Shown one piece after another: positions 37,900-50,636 of a stretch of 64,000 bases of DNA. Positions within the stretch are counted from its first letter, which is position 1; each line of letters begins with the position of its first letter. The notes under the pieces are model-generated. The model ran no database searches. It was not told where the DNA came from and saw only the letters and a list, made by a program, of their open reading frames with translations. The DNA lies in assembly GCA_010093815.1 (NCBI GenBank), contig ML996583.1. One strand, written 5' to 3'. Source of the stretch: Pseudovirgaria hyperparasitica (Eukaryota). A program made the position numbers and the translations under genes.

Positions 37900-38170
37900 T
37901 GGGTGTAGAGTGGGTGTAGAGTGGCTGTATACTGGCTGTATACTGGCTGTAGAGTAGCTATATACTAGCTATAGAGTAGCTATAGAGTAGCTATATACTA
38001 GCTATAGAGTAGCTATATACTAGCTATAGAGTGGCTATATACTAGCTATAAGGTAGTTATAAACTTAGGTATAGAGTGGGTGTAGAGTGGTTATAGAGCG
38101 GGTATAGAGTGGTTATAGAGCGGGTATAGAGTGGTCGTAGACTGAGTATAGACTGATCGTAGACTGTCTA
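37900..38170 (+). repeat. Degenerate 10-bp tandem array (GGTGTAGAGT / GCTATAGAGT / GCTATATACT variants)
   Basis: 10-bp periodicity across ~270 bp with variants differing mostly by transitions. Confidence 0.85.
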
Positions 38171-38346
38171 TAGATTTGGCTATATACTATGGATTATCTA
38201 TTGGCGGTAGTCTAGGGCGGGCATGTATATATGCTATATAGTAAGTAGTATGCGATATGCTACTACTTATGTATGTATCTATCCATCCATCCATCCATCC
38301 ATCCACATGTATGATTAGCAACCACAACCACACCTACGTACGACAC

Positions 38347-40203
38347 TCACGACCTCCGCACAACCACATCCACGCCAAACCCCGTGTCCAAGTCCACCCA
38401 ATGCTTCCTCTTGCCCGCCTTCTCCACGGCACGCACCTTGCCCTGCACATCCTCCGTCCACAGCGCCGCGCCCTCAGGACCGTGGAGCTCAAGCTCAAAT
38501 CGCACAGTTGCTACTTTCCTCTTCTTCTCCTTCTCCTTCTCGCCCTTCCCCTCCTTCTCCTTTTCAACCCTACCCTCCCCACCCTTCTCCCCATCACCAC
38601 GTACAACCCACCCAGCACTCAACCTCGCCACATCCCCGACCACAACCCCAGCAGGCCACACACCCCTAACTACGCCCGCGACACGGCCCAGATACATAAC
38701 CCACCACGCCTTAGCCGCCGGCAAGAGACGCACAAGACTAGTGTAGAACACCAGATCCGCGCCTGTCAGCGCCTTACGGCCACCGTAGCTCTCACACAGT
38801 AGTACGGCCAGCTCGGCGCGACGCACGTGCGAGAGGCCGTGTGTACCGGCCAAGGCGCCCGTCGTGGTGCTGCGTAGTGCGGCTGCGGCGCGGACATCGC
38901 TTGGGAGGGCGGCGTGCATGTATAGTGTGCCGGCAAAGGCGGATATGTCGGCGGGGGTGTATGGGCAGGTGAGCTCGCCAGGGGTGTGTGTGTCATGAGA
39001 CGGGATGGCGTGGCTGAGGATGGGCGCGAGGAGGTGTGCGTGCGGTGGGGCAAAGGGGGCACTGGCGACGTGCAGCGGGTCCTGAGTGCGGATATCGTTT
39101 GCGAGCTCGCGGAATAGGGTGCCCTCGCGCACGCCGCCCTGAGCGAAGAAGACGTCTGAAATGGTGGGGAGGGCGGCGAGGAGGCATTCGACCAGTAGGG
39201 CGACGGCGGGGACTTGGGTTGCGCGGCGGGCGCTCACGCGGAAGATGGCGCTGTGGTCGTCGGACACGAGACTTGCGACGGCGGATGTGATGGCGGATGT
39301 GTTGTAGAAGGCTGCGGGCGCGATGCGGAAGCCGTTAATCAGGGGGATCGGATATGGCTGGACCGGGTGTGTGTGCATCTGGACGAAACCCCAGCCGCGG
39401 AAGCCGCCGCCGGAGAGATATAGATTGAGACCCTTCCCGTCGGCGTCGGCCAGGAGGTGGTCTGGAATCCCGATTGCGTGCACGGCGTCTTTCATGGCGG
39501 TCGTGATCTCGCTCTTGAGCGCTGCGACTGCATCTGCGCCGGACGCTTCGGCTTCACGGAGCCGGCGCAGGAGCGCGGCAGCACCGTACGGCATGCTGAC
39601 GGAAAACTTGTCGCTGAGGCTGACCTTCTCCGGATGGTCATGGTCCGGGAACACGAGCCAAGTGATCTGAGTTGAGCCGCCTCCGAGATCCATGACGAGG
39701 CCGCGAACGGCGTCAAAGGAGGATGCCACGCCGTATGCGCCGACGAGCCCCTCTGTGTCCTTAGGATACATCTCGACGTCGAGGCCAGTCTCATGTTTGA
39801 TGCTTTGCTGGAGTTCGACGGAGTTCTTTGCGGTGCGTGTTGCTTCGGTAGCGACGATGCGGACGTTGGACTTGGGGACGCCAAAGGCAGCACAGGTGCG
39901 TTGAAAGGCCTTGAGGGCAGCGGTAACCTCATTGATGGTGGACGAGGGGATGGGAATAGCGTCGGAGCCCTGCCATTGGGCGTCGTAGAGGGAGATGCCG
40001 GTGCGGTGTTGATAGATGACCGGGAGGATACGGGCGACTTCAGGGGAAGTGTCAGTGATCGAGAAGCGTATACCATTACTGGGAGATCTTAGTATGAACA
40101 AGGACAATGGTTCTCAACCCAACATGGAGGGATGACAATCGGCTTACCTGCCCATATCCACTATAGCCTTGTAGCCAGGCTTCTCAACAGGGAGATGTGG
40201 CAT
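38347..40203 (-). CDS. RTG2: Retrograde regulation protein 2-like Ppx/GppA-family protein; intron 40079-40147
   Basis: IVDMGS|NGIRFSI, IVATEATRTAKN, GLVMDLGGGSTQITW, SMPYGAAAL, LYLSGGGFRGWG, YPIPLINGF, FAQGGVREG; orthologue versus paralogue not resolved. Confidence 0.88.
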
Positions 40204-40662
40204 GATGCCAAGAGTCTGTGATAGACGTCTCGAAGCGGAAACTAGTGTTGAGTACTTGGGCATAGACTCATGCCACCAGGTTTCATGCGGGGTAAGGAGA
40301 AGGAGTACAGCCGCGACCAAGATCAGAAGGATGTGGTAACTCCAACAGAATGCCAGGGTGGAGTCTTGATCCTCAGAGTGTATGTTAGTTGTGGTATTGA
40401 GCTTTGCAAGAAGGCCGTTCCCTTATGGTAAGGTAACAGGCGAAAACTGTGCCATGACGTAATCAAATCTGTTGAATGTGGCAGGTCAGCACGTGCTTGT
40501 GCTCAGAGCTGTTATCAAGGTGAGGGATCGCATTTTACAGATATTACTTAAGCCCTCTCAAAAAGTATGCCACCAAACACCACTCAGGGAATATTACATC
40601 GATCCTGCACCGCCCTTGAAAACTCCATATTACTGCGGAATTCAGCCACTGCATGCCGAACA

Positions 40663-42935
40663 CTAGGTCATGAATGTCGTATGTACGTCGAAGATGTCAT
40701 TCCTCCATCCACCCTGCTCGTAGTCGAGCACGCGTTCTTCAGCATGAGCTGCTTCGTCGTTCCAGAGCTTGACCACGCTGCCAGGTGCATATACGCCTTT
40801 GAAGACGCCCTTGCCCGGCTGCGCAACACCAACGCGGCTGTACAGATCGGGGTCTTCCTCTGGCGTGAGACGAGCAGCGACAGCCTTGAAGAACGTCATG
40901 ACATCCTTCGGATCTGAGATACGGGTTGCTCTCAACCTCTCACGAGCAAATAGTAGTTCGCGGTTGGCAGCATGAAGGCCGTCTGCAATGGCCGTAGCGA
41001 GTTGCTTTTCCATGACTTTCCGCACGACAGGGCGTAAAAGTGGCTTGAACAGCCAGGCGAGCCAACTGAGCTTGCTCTTGCGAAGTTTATAGTTCAGCTT
41101 ATGGACGTGCACGCGGACGTCCTTGAGTGTGAGGATCTGCTCGAGCTTCTCCTTGGCTATCTCAACATCGAGATGAATGTCAATGCCTCGTTCGTCTAGT
41201 TCAAAGGAAGTGATTCCCTCGTCGGCGAAACGGAGTATGCCAGTGTGTGCTCTGAGCCAGAATCCGACCTCCTCAGAACGAAGGGATAAGCCGTCGATCT
41301 TGATGGTGACCAGGGACGTTGTTTTGGTTGTGGTGCGGAATCGAGCCTTACGAATTTCCAGATCATTGTACGTCTCAATACGCAACTTGTATGGCAAGAA
41401 GGAGGTATGGTTAATCGTTCGACCGGGTTCGAGAATCAAGTTTTCAAGTAAGAGATCAATCTCAGGCGTGGATATTTCGAGGCGAGGAATCGGGAGATAT
41501 TGAACTGCCTGGATAAGTAAGGGGACGAACACATGAATGCTATCTTTGATGAGTTCGGTATTGGTGTACTGATGGGCAGGAGACAAGATCTTTGCGATGG
41601 TAGTCGATGTCTTGATCAACTTTGCAATATCTTCATCATACAACACCGATTGGATGGTAGCTTGGATGGCGCCGAGGAACGCGTCAACATCATCACGTAG
41701 GGAGGACTCCTTGCCCAATAGTCGGGTCTTCTCACGTAGCTCTGCAAATTTCTCGTCGGCATTGTCGAAGAAGCTGGGGTCGGTCAGGAGTTCTTCCAAC
41801 GAGTTACCAAGGTGCATCATCATATCCTCAAACTGCGGATCATTTTCACCATGCTCTTTCAGCTGTAGAAATCTTTCCTCCAATTTGTCCCACTGCTTGC
41901 CGTCGCCAAAAGACTTCAAGAACAGCCAGAAGTTCTTTACAGCTCTTTCGGTCGCAGGATTGGTATGAATGTCTTGGTCGGCAGTCTCTGCAGTGTCCTT
42001 GATAGCTCTGGAGTATACCATGGCATATCGCTTTATAAGCAGAGATATGGTGGAAACTGAGTCTGAGTAATCATTTCTTCTCCGAAGTTTAGTCACGGCC
42101 TGCTTCAGTCTGTAGAGGAGTGTCTCCTTCTCGTCTCCAGTGATTTTGTCCTCAAGACTTTGTTCGGCCTCCTTTGCGACCTCGAGCGCACCGTTTCCAA
42201 CAGCTTTCGACATGTCTGCAACATCACCAGCGAGCTCATTGCTGGTGGGCGCTGGCCTGTCATCGGCACCGGGTTTCTTCAATGCATCCTGCTCAGTCTG
42301 CGAAGGCTCAATTTGTTTACCGGCTTCTTCGGCGACGTCAGATAACTTGAATGCAGCATCTTTGAACACCTCACGACCAATTGTTGTGATATCGGACAGG
42401 AATACACGGAAATCGGAGTTGGTAAGGAGGAGGGAGCCAACAGTACGGAGGCTTTGATAGGCTAGGCTGAGTTAGCGGGAAATCATCAGAACAGGAGCAC
42501 GAGTCGTTTACCAGCAGCAGTATCTGCCTTGGCTTTGGCTTTGGAAGCTCTTTCGGCGATATCGTCAACATCCACAGAGACCCTTGACTTTGACAGATAC
42601 CAAATCAAGTCTTGTATCTGGTCTTCGGAGTTCTTGTGCTGCAGCATCTCCATGAATTGCTTCAGGAACAGCTTCGTGTACCGGACCAGGAGTCGTCCGG
42701 AATCGCTGAGGTCCTCATTGTCCGGATTGAGGATGTCAGCGGCAGACAACGTACGCAGATTAATTATCGCCTGCTCGTTGGACGGCATATAACCCTTGGT
42801 CAGGGCTCGAATCATCTGGTAGGAGTGCAGTTTTTGATGGAGCTCCCTTTGTAAGACGGTGTCATCGTGGTACTGGGGGAGCAACGGCTCGGTGTCCTGG
42901 CCCTTGGACTTGCGGAAACCTAGACACGACGACAT
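40663..42935 (-). CDS. HAM1-like / DUF4449 (BPI-like fold) protein; intron 42462-42511
   Basis: QKLHSYQMIRALTKGYMPSNEQ, LLTNSDFRVFLSD, VQYLPIPRLEISTPEIDLLLENL, SKLSWLAWLFKPL, GWRNDIFD. Confidence 0.75.
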
Positions 42936-45041
42936 GTTTGTACTGAGGCCCATCTAGTATAGGGCTATGCTAGAGTTGGGTGTAGAGGAGACTGGGTACT
43001 AGGTGTAGGAGTCGGTGTAGGGAGTGCTCATTATAGGCAGCAAACGGGGCGGAGAAGATGACGAGGGAAGTGCTCATGAGCGAACCAGACCAAGGAGCAA
43101 TACAAGAAGTTGGAACGGCGTTAAGGTAGCGACGTATCACACGGGTTGGAAGTTGGAAAGGATGGTTAGTGTAGGCGTCGTGTGAACTGCTGAACTCTGA
43201 ATGTCCTCCGGGAGCTTCACTTCGCATCGCATCATGACGTACGACGCTCGCAATACCAAGCCACATCTGTGGCGCTAACCCTCCTCATGCCTCAGGCTAT
43301 AATACAGCCTCAGGCTTGTACCGAGGTACTGTAGTGACATGCAGCCATCAACGGAACGCATTGCATTATTGATGATGGGTTTGGCACCGATGCTTGTCGA
43401 GCTCAAGCCTTTGCCCAGAAAATCGTCTGCTTAAGATGATACGGTCGGGAGTTTGTGCAGAAGCTTTGATCATGAACTACTGGAATGACGGCTATTGAAT
43501 AAATCCCGTTCAGCGATACCAGGTACACTGCGCTCGAGCTAGTGCAGTGCTGTGTTGTTCCACGACATTTTCACGTCGACGAGAATTGAAGATGCTCAAT
43601 TACGCGTTGACGATATCAATCGCGTGTGGTGTGATGGGTAGAAGAGCTCTCGGGTGTTCTTGGGTGTTCTCGTGCGGGGATCCGCAGTCGTCGAGACAGT
43701 GAATCATATTGAAAGCGCGGATCAGAGACGGACGGTAATAGAGAGACAAGACCACCTTTTCACTTTTCACCTTGGCTCCACGTGGAAAGTGTGGGCATAG
43801 TGCTCAACGGCCGACCGACTAGCCGAGTGACGATCCATGATCCATGGTACGGAATAGATAGCACTGCAGGTTGTAGTGGTACTATACACGGCAACAACTC
43901 AATCAGCGTATAATTAGAGCTGTCGCGGTTGAGTCGAGCATGTCTGAGACCAGCACGCCGCCGTAAAGGCGCGGTCGCCCGCTTCATCATTGAAACTTCA
44001 AACTCATCAGAAAGAATCGACCCCATTTCTCAGCAGCCAAGCAGGGTACAGGTAGCGGCCAGCACGCAGTCTGTGCCCACATCCCCGTCCCACACACCAT
44101 AACCAACATCCTGGGGAAGAAAAAGTCTGAGGTTGAGATTGAGTCGAGGCAGGTCGACCGATGTGTGCTTCTGATACACACATCTCTGGCCTGGCTGCGG
44201 ACCCTTCACCGACGTTCCAGTTTGCTGCATCTGATGAGCATGCAACGAAACCCAATCGGAGATGCTTCAACTTCCATGACCAATGCTCAACACCAACAGC
44301 TCCTTCAAGCCACAGGCCAGCCAATTCCATCAAGTTGCGGGCTGCTATTGTCGTTGGGACTCGGGGGCGAGCACGATGCAGCTGCAACGTATAGCTTTTG
44401 CAGTGTGAGGGCCACGCATGCACCCAACCAGGTTCCTGGAAAAGCGGCTGATGGCTGAGTCAAGGAAACCGTTGAGTAGAGAGCCACAAGCCCCGGTAAT
44501 TATTAACATAACGAGAAATTATAGGGAGAGATTGTGTAGGTATTAGCTATTATAGCTGCTGGCACCGAGTCATCATCACTAGTTACTATCCATTTGCAAG
44601 TCGTCCGAGTGGAGAGAGCTCTGGCCATCCCCAGCGGACAGAATAGGACAAAAGAGGCCCAGACGATAATGATAATGGTAATAGTTAGGGAATAATAGGT
44701 CCATTTATATGGGCCGTCGCGAGGATGAATTGATTCCTTTTTTTTTTCTGTTTTCCGACTGCTGCTCCGGTGATCCAGTCATTGCCAGTGCCACCCTGAA
44801 ACAGACACTCTCTCATTCCAACACGCCTCTCACATACTACACACACCCACACACACACACTACACACTCATACCCTGACAGCAGCCCTTACCTGCCCTGC
44901 ATCTTACATTTGCCGCGGCTGGCTGTTCCTTTGCTTACTTGCCCTTCACTAATGCTCCCTCTATCTTCTTCCTTAAAAGCGACCTCTCGCCCCGTACTCT
45001 GCTCTCTCCAGTCTCCAGTCCCTAAACTATTCTTCCAGCCT

Positions 45042-47092
45042 ATGGCCTCGCTCGCACACGACCAATCGCCCCACCAGAAAATGAAGAGCTCACAACTACT
45101 ACGCCCTAACATGCCTCCGAGGCAACTCTCCACCACGTGAGCTTTAAACTTGTACTGCTCCAGCTACCTGTCTACCTGTCCAGTGCCCTTGTCTACTGGG
45201 GTATCTATGTGTCTGGGTAATAGGTAGTTGGCTATCATGTTCATGCCCACTGACCATCTTCAAGCTCCGGTGACTACGATACCGCGAACCCTCCAGAGGT
45301 GCGCAGGTATCTTCGCACCTATGGCCTCACTCCGCCCAATGTCGAGACCTATGAGACTCAAGCTCAAAGATGTACGTACCAGAAATTGCACCTTATCTAG
45401 CTGTAGATACTGACAGGACACAATTGCAGGTCTCAAACTCCTGTCCATGAAGCCCACTCCAATCGAAAAGTACCAATACTTGACACATCTCCGAGCCACC
45501 AACGTCCATCTTTTCTACCGCCTCCTTGCCGATAATGTTAGAGTATGTTTCGCTCTTCATGAGGTGCAAATCTGGTACTGATGCCGCCACAGGAACTCAC
45601 TCCTCTCATCTACACCCCCACCGTCGGTGAAGCCTGTCTTCGCTGGTCAGAAATATATACCCAGCCCGAGGGCATGTACATTTCATATTCAGACAAGGGT
45701 CATATCGCCGAAGTGCTGAAGAATTGGCCTTACGATGTCGACATCACCGTTCTCACCGACGGCTCTCGTATCCTGGGTCTCGGAGATTTGGGCGTCAACG
45801 GAATGGGTATTCCGGTCGGCAAGCTGGCTCTATATACCGCCTGCGCCGGCATTCGTCCAGAGAAGACTCTTCCTCTGACTCTGGATCTTGGTACGAGCAA
45901 CGAGGCTTTCAGGAACGATCCTCTATACATGGGTAGTCGAAGGCCGAAAGTCACAGCGGAGGAAGAGCGGGAGTTTCTGGACGAACTGATGGAGGCGCTC
46001 GTGCAGAGGTGGCCAGGCATCGTCATTCAGTTTGAGGACTTCAAGAACCCCTTCCCGGCTCTCGAACGGTATCGTGACAATTACGCCATGTTCAACGACG
46101 ATGTGCAAGGGACTGGTGCGGTCATTGCCGCTGGCTTCATCAACGCCGTGAAGGCTTCGGGTGTGCCAGCCAAAGATCACAAGGCTGTGTTTCTCGGCGC
46201 TGGGAGTGCTGGTGTTGGTGTCGCCAAGCAGCTCGTGGAATACTTCATGAAGGAGGGTCTCACCGAGGACGAGTCGCGCCGCAAGTTCTGGTTCGTAGAC
46301 TCGAATGGCCTGGTGACGAACGACCGTGGTGACAAGCTCGCCGAGCACAAAGTCTACTTCTCCCGAGACGACAACCAAGGTCGCCAATTTCAGTCTCTGG
46401 CACGCCTCATCGAGTACGTGCAGCCAACCATCCTGATGGGCCTCTCCACGATCGGAGGTGCATTTACCAAGGATATCCTCCAACGCATGGCTCGCATAAA
46501 CCACCGCCCAATCATCTTCCCTCTCTCGAACCCGTCCTCGAAGTCCGAATGCACATTCGAGGACGCCGTCGCTTATACAGAAGGTCGCGTGCTTTTCGCC
46601 TCGGGATCGCCCTTCCCAGCGGTTCGTTGTGACGGCCGCATCATGGTCCCAGGCCAGGGCAACAACATGTACGTCTTTCCGGGCATCGGGCTCGGAGCGA
46701 TCCTCTCCAAGGCATCTTCTGTCACGCAAGACATGATCTACGCTTCGGCCGAGCATCTGGCTGCGTCGCTGAACGAGCAGGAGCGCGCCGATGGCTGGCT
46801 GTACCCTGACATCCGCCGCATTCGCGACGTGAGCGTCATCATCACCCGTGGCGTGATCCGTGCTGCTCAAGAAAACGGCGTCGATCGCGAGACCCTCCTC
46901 CGCGGGCTCAGCGATGAGCAGCTCGACGCTTACATCAAAGAGAGGATGTATGACCCGTCCACGGAGGTCGAGAAGGTTCTCTCCGAGGTCGAGCAGCTCG
47001 AGACCACGGCATCGGGCATGAGCTACACAAATGGCCAAGTCAATGGCCTAATCAACGGCGTCGTAAACGGGCTCAGCTCCGCGCATCTCTAA
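45042..47092 (+). CDS. Malic enzyme (malate dehydrogenase, decarboxylating); several 5' introns, start codon uncertain
   Basis: PLIYTPTVGEAC, VLTDGSRILGLGDLG, IQFEDF, FNDDVQGTG, FLGAGSAGVG, PIIFPLSNP, FASGSPF, PGQGNNMYVFPGIGLG. Confidence 0.95.
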
Positions 47093-47673
47093 GCGCACGA
47101 CCCGTCCTTTTCCACCTTCAATTAGGTGAAATTCCGAGTAGACAAAAGCGGTGTTTTGGGTTCTTGTCCTGTTTGATTTATAGATCGTCGTGCGCTGGCC
47201 GAGCCCAGCCGTACAATTTTCCCTGTTCTTGATTTCGAGATACCTGCACATACTAAGGGCACCTCAACCCTGAGCCGGGAGTCTCCTACCACGTTCATTC
47301 TAATGGTGGTCCTAGTAGACTCCTGGACTCGTCGTTTGGATTGCATTAGCGAACTGGTCTTTTTCTTGCTGTTTGTGGTGGCGATCGTTTGGGGGAGACA
47401 CTCAACTCATTAGCACATGCTGACTTTGTGCCAAAAAATTGATGCATAATGAATACTATGGACTTCTTTGCCGTTTTTTAAAAGAATGCTTTGCCTTTAT
47501 TGTGACTGTTTTGTCTCGCTATGGAAGATACACTTGATGATTATTACACTAATTACGAAAGACTGTTTAGACGGCTGTGAGACAGTATTGTGCGTTGAGG
47601 CATTGCATTAACGAGGTATATACCAAAAAGAAATGTTGAGTATAGTCAACGACCAGAAAAAGACAAAAGAACA

Positions 47674-47745
47674 TAGCTGAAAGTGGTTTCGATCCACTGT
47701 CCTCCGGGTTATGAGCCCGGCGCGCTTCCGCTGCGCCATTCAGCT
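47674..47745 (-). tRNA. Initiator tRNA-Met (CAT), intronless
   Basis: AGCTGAATGGCGCAGCGGAAGCGCGCCGGGCTCATAACCCGGAGGACAGTGGATCGAAACCACTTTCAGCTA: A1-U72 pair, GGG/CCC anticodon stem, GATCG T-loop, downstream oligo-T Pol III terminator. Confidence 0.97.
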
Positions 47746-48785
47746 TGGTGCATGTGAAACACAAATTTAGTGGACTTATAATACACACGATGGTCAGCTC
47801 CCCCAAGCGATTGTCCTAGCGCCATCGCCTCGGTCGGACGTACCCGCCCGTGATCCGGTCGTTGAAGATTCAAGCAACTCCAAGATCCGTGCATTGCGGC
47901 AATTAATCTTTCGATATCATGGGTTCCGCTGTCATGAATTGTTTCAAGAGGAGAAAATAAAGCCAGTGTGGTCAATACTGCATCATACTGTAATACATTC
48001 CGCCCGCGGTGTGTGTCGTGGCCGTGGACGTGTCATTTACTGCCTTGATGTGTGCGAAAGTGAAGATGCGGGGTGGGCGTGATGCAATGCGCGCGGGCAT
48101 GTAGGTACAACAACAACATACAGATGTGTATGTATATAGCTACACTTATAGGCATCGTGTCCAATTACAACAATGTATTTGCTAGACGAACGCACATCTA
48201 GAATATTTCCATTACAGTAGTTCCATGCAGCGAAATCCGGAGTCCCATGCCGGGAGTTTCGTCGCAATTAAAAAATATCCGGGGTTGAGTTGTAGTGCCA
48301 GCCCAGCCTCCTTCCTTCCTTACCAGCCACCCGCGACCGACGACGATGGCTCCTTCCCCCCATGGATTGTGCCGCACCATCCCGGCGTCATTCGGCGAAA
48401 TACAACAGACTTTGTCACTCTCACTTCGATTACAATACACACACACTTTACTCACTTCTTGAGCTGCTGCTCTTCTTCCTCTTCCTCTCTCATTCTGCCT
48501 TCTCTGTCTTGCCCTCGCGGGTTCTCTTCACTCTTTCAAGAGCTGTCGCCTTGCTTCCCAAGCTTCTCCACGTTCGTTCTCTATGGCCCTGCCCCGCTGT
48601 TGAACATACGCCGACGCCGCCCTGTCTTTGCCAACTTCCAACAGCCTCACTCACGCATAGCTACGTCGCAACTACGCAATTACGCAGTTCTTCCCTCCTC
48701 TTCCTCCTCCGCCACCTGAGGAGCTGAAACCATTCATTCCAATCCTCCATAGGACAAGCGTCCGAGTCCTACCTACATCCTCACC

Positions 48786-49546
48786 ATGGCGCCCATTCCA
48801 CAATCCCCAGACGCCTCAGCGCCCTTGATCTCCCTCCGCGCCCTCACAACCACCCTCACCTCCCTACTCCCACACTCCGCCCTCCAAGCCCGCCAAGTCG
48901 GCGTCAGTGTCAGCAACAGCGGCAATGGCATCATCCCCTCCTCCTACCATGACATGAACAGCGGTCCCGCACCAGGCGTCGTCATTGGCGCAACCCTCGG
49001 CTCCGTCGCTGGCTTCCTCCTCCTCTGCTGGCTCTTCATGTCACTCGCCGGCTTCTCCGGCGGCGCCATCGTCGGCGGCGAAGAAGAGATTATCGTACGC
49101 AAACAGCCCTCGCATGCCACTCCACGCAGTCGCCGTAGTCGCCGCTCGCGCTCGACTCGTGAGGTGCGCTCGGTTCGCGAGGTCAGTGTGGGCCGCAGTC
49201 CGCGCCGTAGCGAGCGCATTATTATAGACGATACTAGGAGGGGAGTGCCGCTGGGTCGCCCGCGGAGTAGGAGTATTCTAGTGGAGGAGCGCGTCGAGCA
49301 TCGTGTGCCCGGCGATGATATGGTTGAGGTTATCGAGGAGGTCAGCGATATAACGGCGAGCAGTGCGCCGCCGCCGCCGCGTCGGAAGAGCAGCAGTCGA
49401 CGGGATGGTGGAAGTGGCGGGTACAGGTCAGTAGATGCTTGATTTTTGTTCACTGAGGAGCAGTCGTCGATCTTCCTTTTGGCTGTCAAACCCGGATTCC
49501 AACAAAACCTGAAATACTAATATATGCTTTGTCCCACAGATACTAA
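48786..49546 (+). CDS. Hypothetical single-pass membrane protein with Arg/Ser-rich tail; probable terminal intron 49427-49539
   Basis: GPAPGVVIGATLGSVAGFLLLCWLF transmembrane segment; GTCAGT...CTAAT...CAG intron gives ...GYRY*; the unspliced ORF ends at 49442. Confidence 0.75.
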
Positions 49547-50636
49547 GTGTCCTCGGAACCCGATATCCTTTCAATCTCGATATCGCATTTACTTACTTGT
49601 CTGTCACCACCAGCACCACAACAACAACACGCGCATATATAATACACTATTACCTCAACGCGGCGTTTAACCAGGCGTTTGAAGAGATATCATAATCATC
49701 TTGAAAGGGAAAGATTGGGAGTGATGTCGTGGACAGACTTTTACCTACTCAGGTCTATCTATACCCCAATCCCCCATCCCCTTATTGGCCTGGCGTTGAG
49801 TGGAGATGTTGAATTGATTTGAACTCAATGAGTATGGTATGGCATGTAACAATATGGGCTGCGTTTTGTCGTCGTCGTCGTTCTTCTTCTCTTGTTTTTT
49901 AGTTGTTTCTCGCTTGTTCTGTGGGAAGGGCATCAATGTATATGCAAGTGCGGGATGGAGGATCTAGCGATGTAGCGGAGGATGAGGACGAGGAGGAAAT
50001 ATCCCGGAAATCATGCATATGAGTGTTCAAGAAAGCCACGTCTTTACTGTTCGTTTATGTGTGTGACGGCCGGACGGACGGACGGACGGACGGACAGACA
50101 GACACTGGCCTGCATCTATGAGCTGCGCTTACGGGTTGGTCATGCATGCATTCATGTGTATACGCGCGCAAAACATGAACTACCTAAACTACAAAGACAA
50201 CGAAAAGACAACGATGATACAGACAGAGACTGTGTGATATCACGCACGCTACAATTGCGTTACTTTCGGTGATTTGAGAAAACAAAAAAACGCCCTTGGA
50301 AATTCTACGCGCTTAGCTATTATGTGTGTGTATGAATGCCGTATGCTGTATGCTGTATGCTGTATGCCGTATGCTTGCTTGCTATTTCCAACATGCCGCT
50401 CGCTGCTATACAAAGACGAAACAAACCCCCAAAAAAACAAAATCCTCCCAAACACCACGCTAATATGAACCGCAACCCAAACAGCAAAAAAAAAACACAC
50501 AAAACGCCCCCTTTTCCCCCTCCCCTTATATCCAGCAACCCCTTCGTCCCTTCACCAATCCACTCACGACCCTCTCCCCCCCTCTCCATTCCCTCATCCA
50601 TCCATCCATCCATCCCCCCATCCCGTCCGATTAGAA

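Noticed and set aside
43260..44700. Short ORFs between the HAM1-like gene and malic enzyme
   Set aside because: No motifs; best explained as a long divergent promoter region
45923..47038. 371-aa minus-strand ORF
   Set aside because: Antisense shadow of the codon-biased malic enzyme CDS; no motifs of its own
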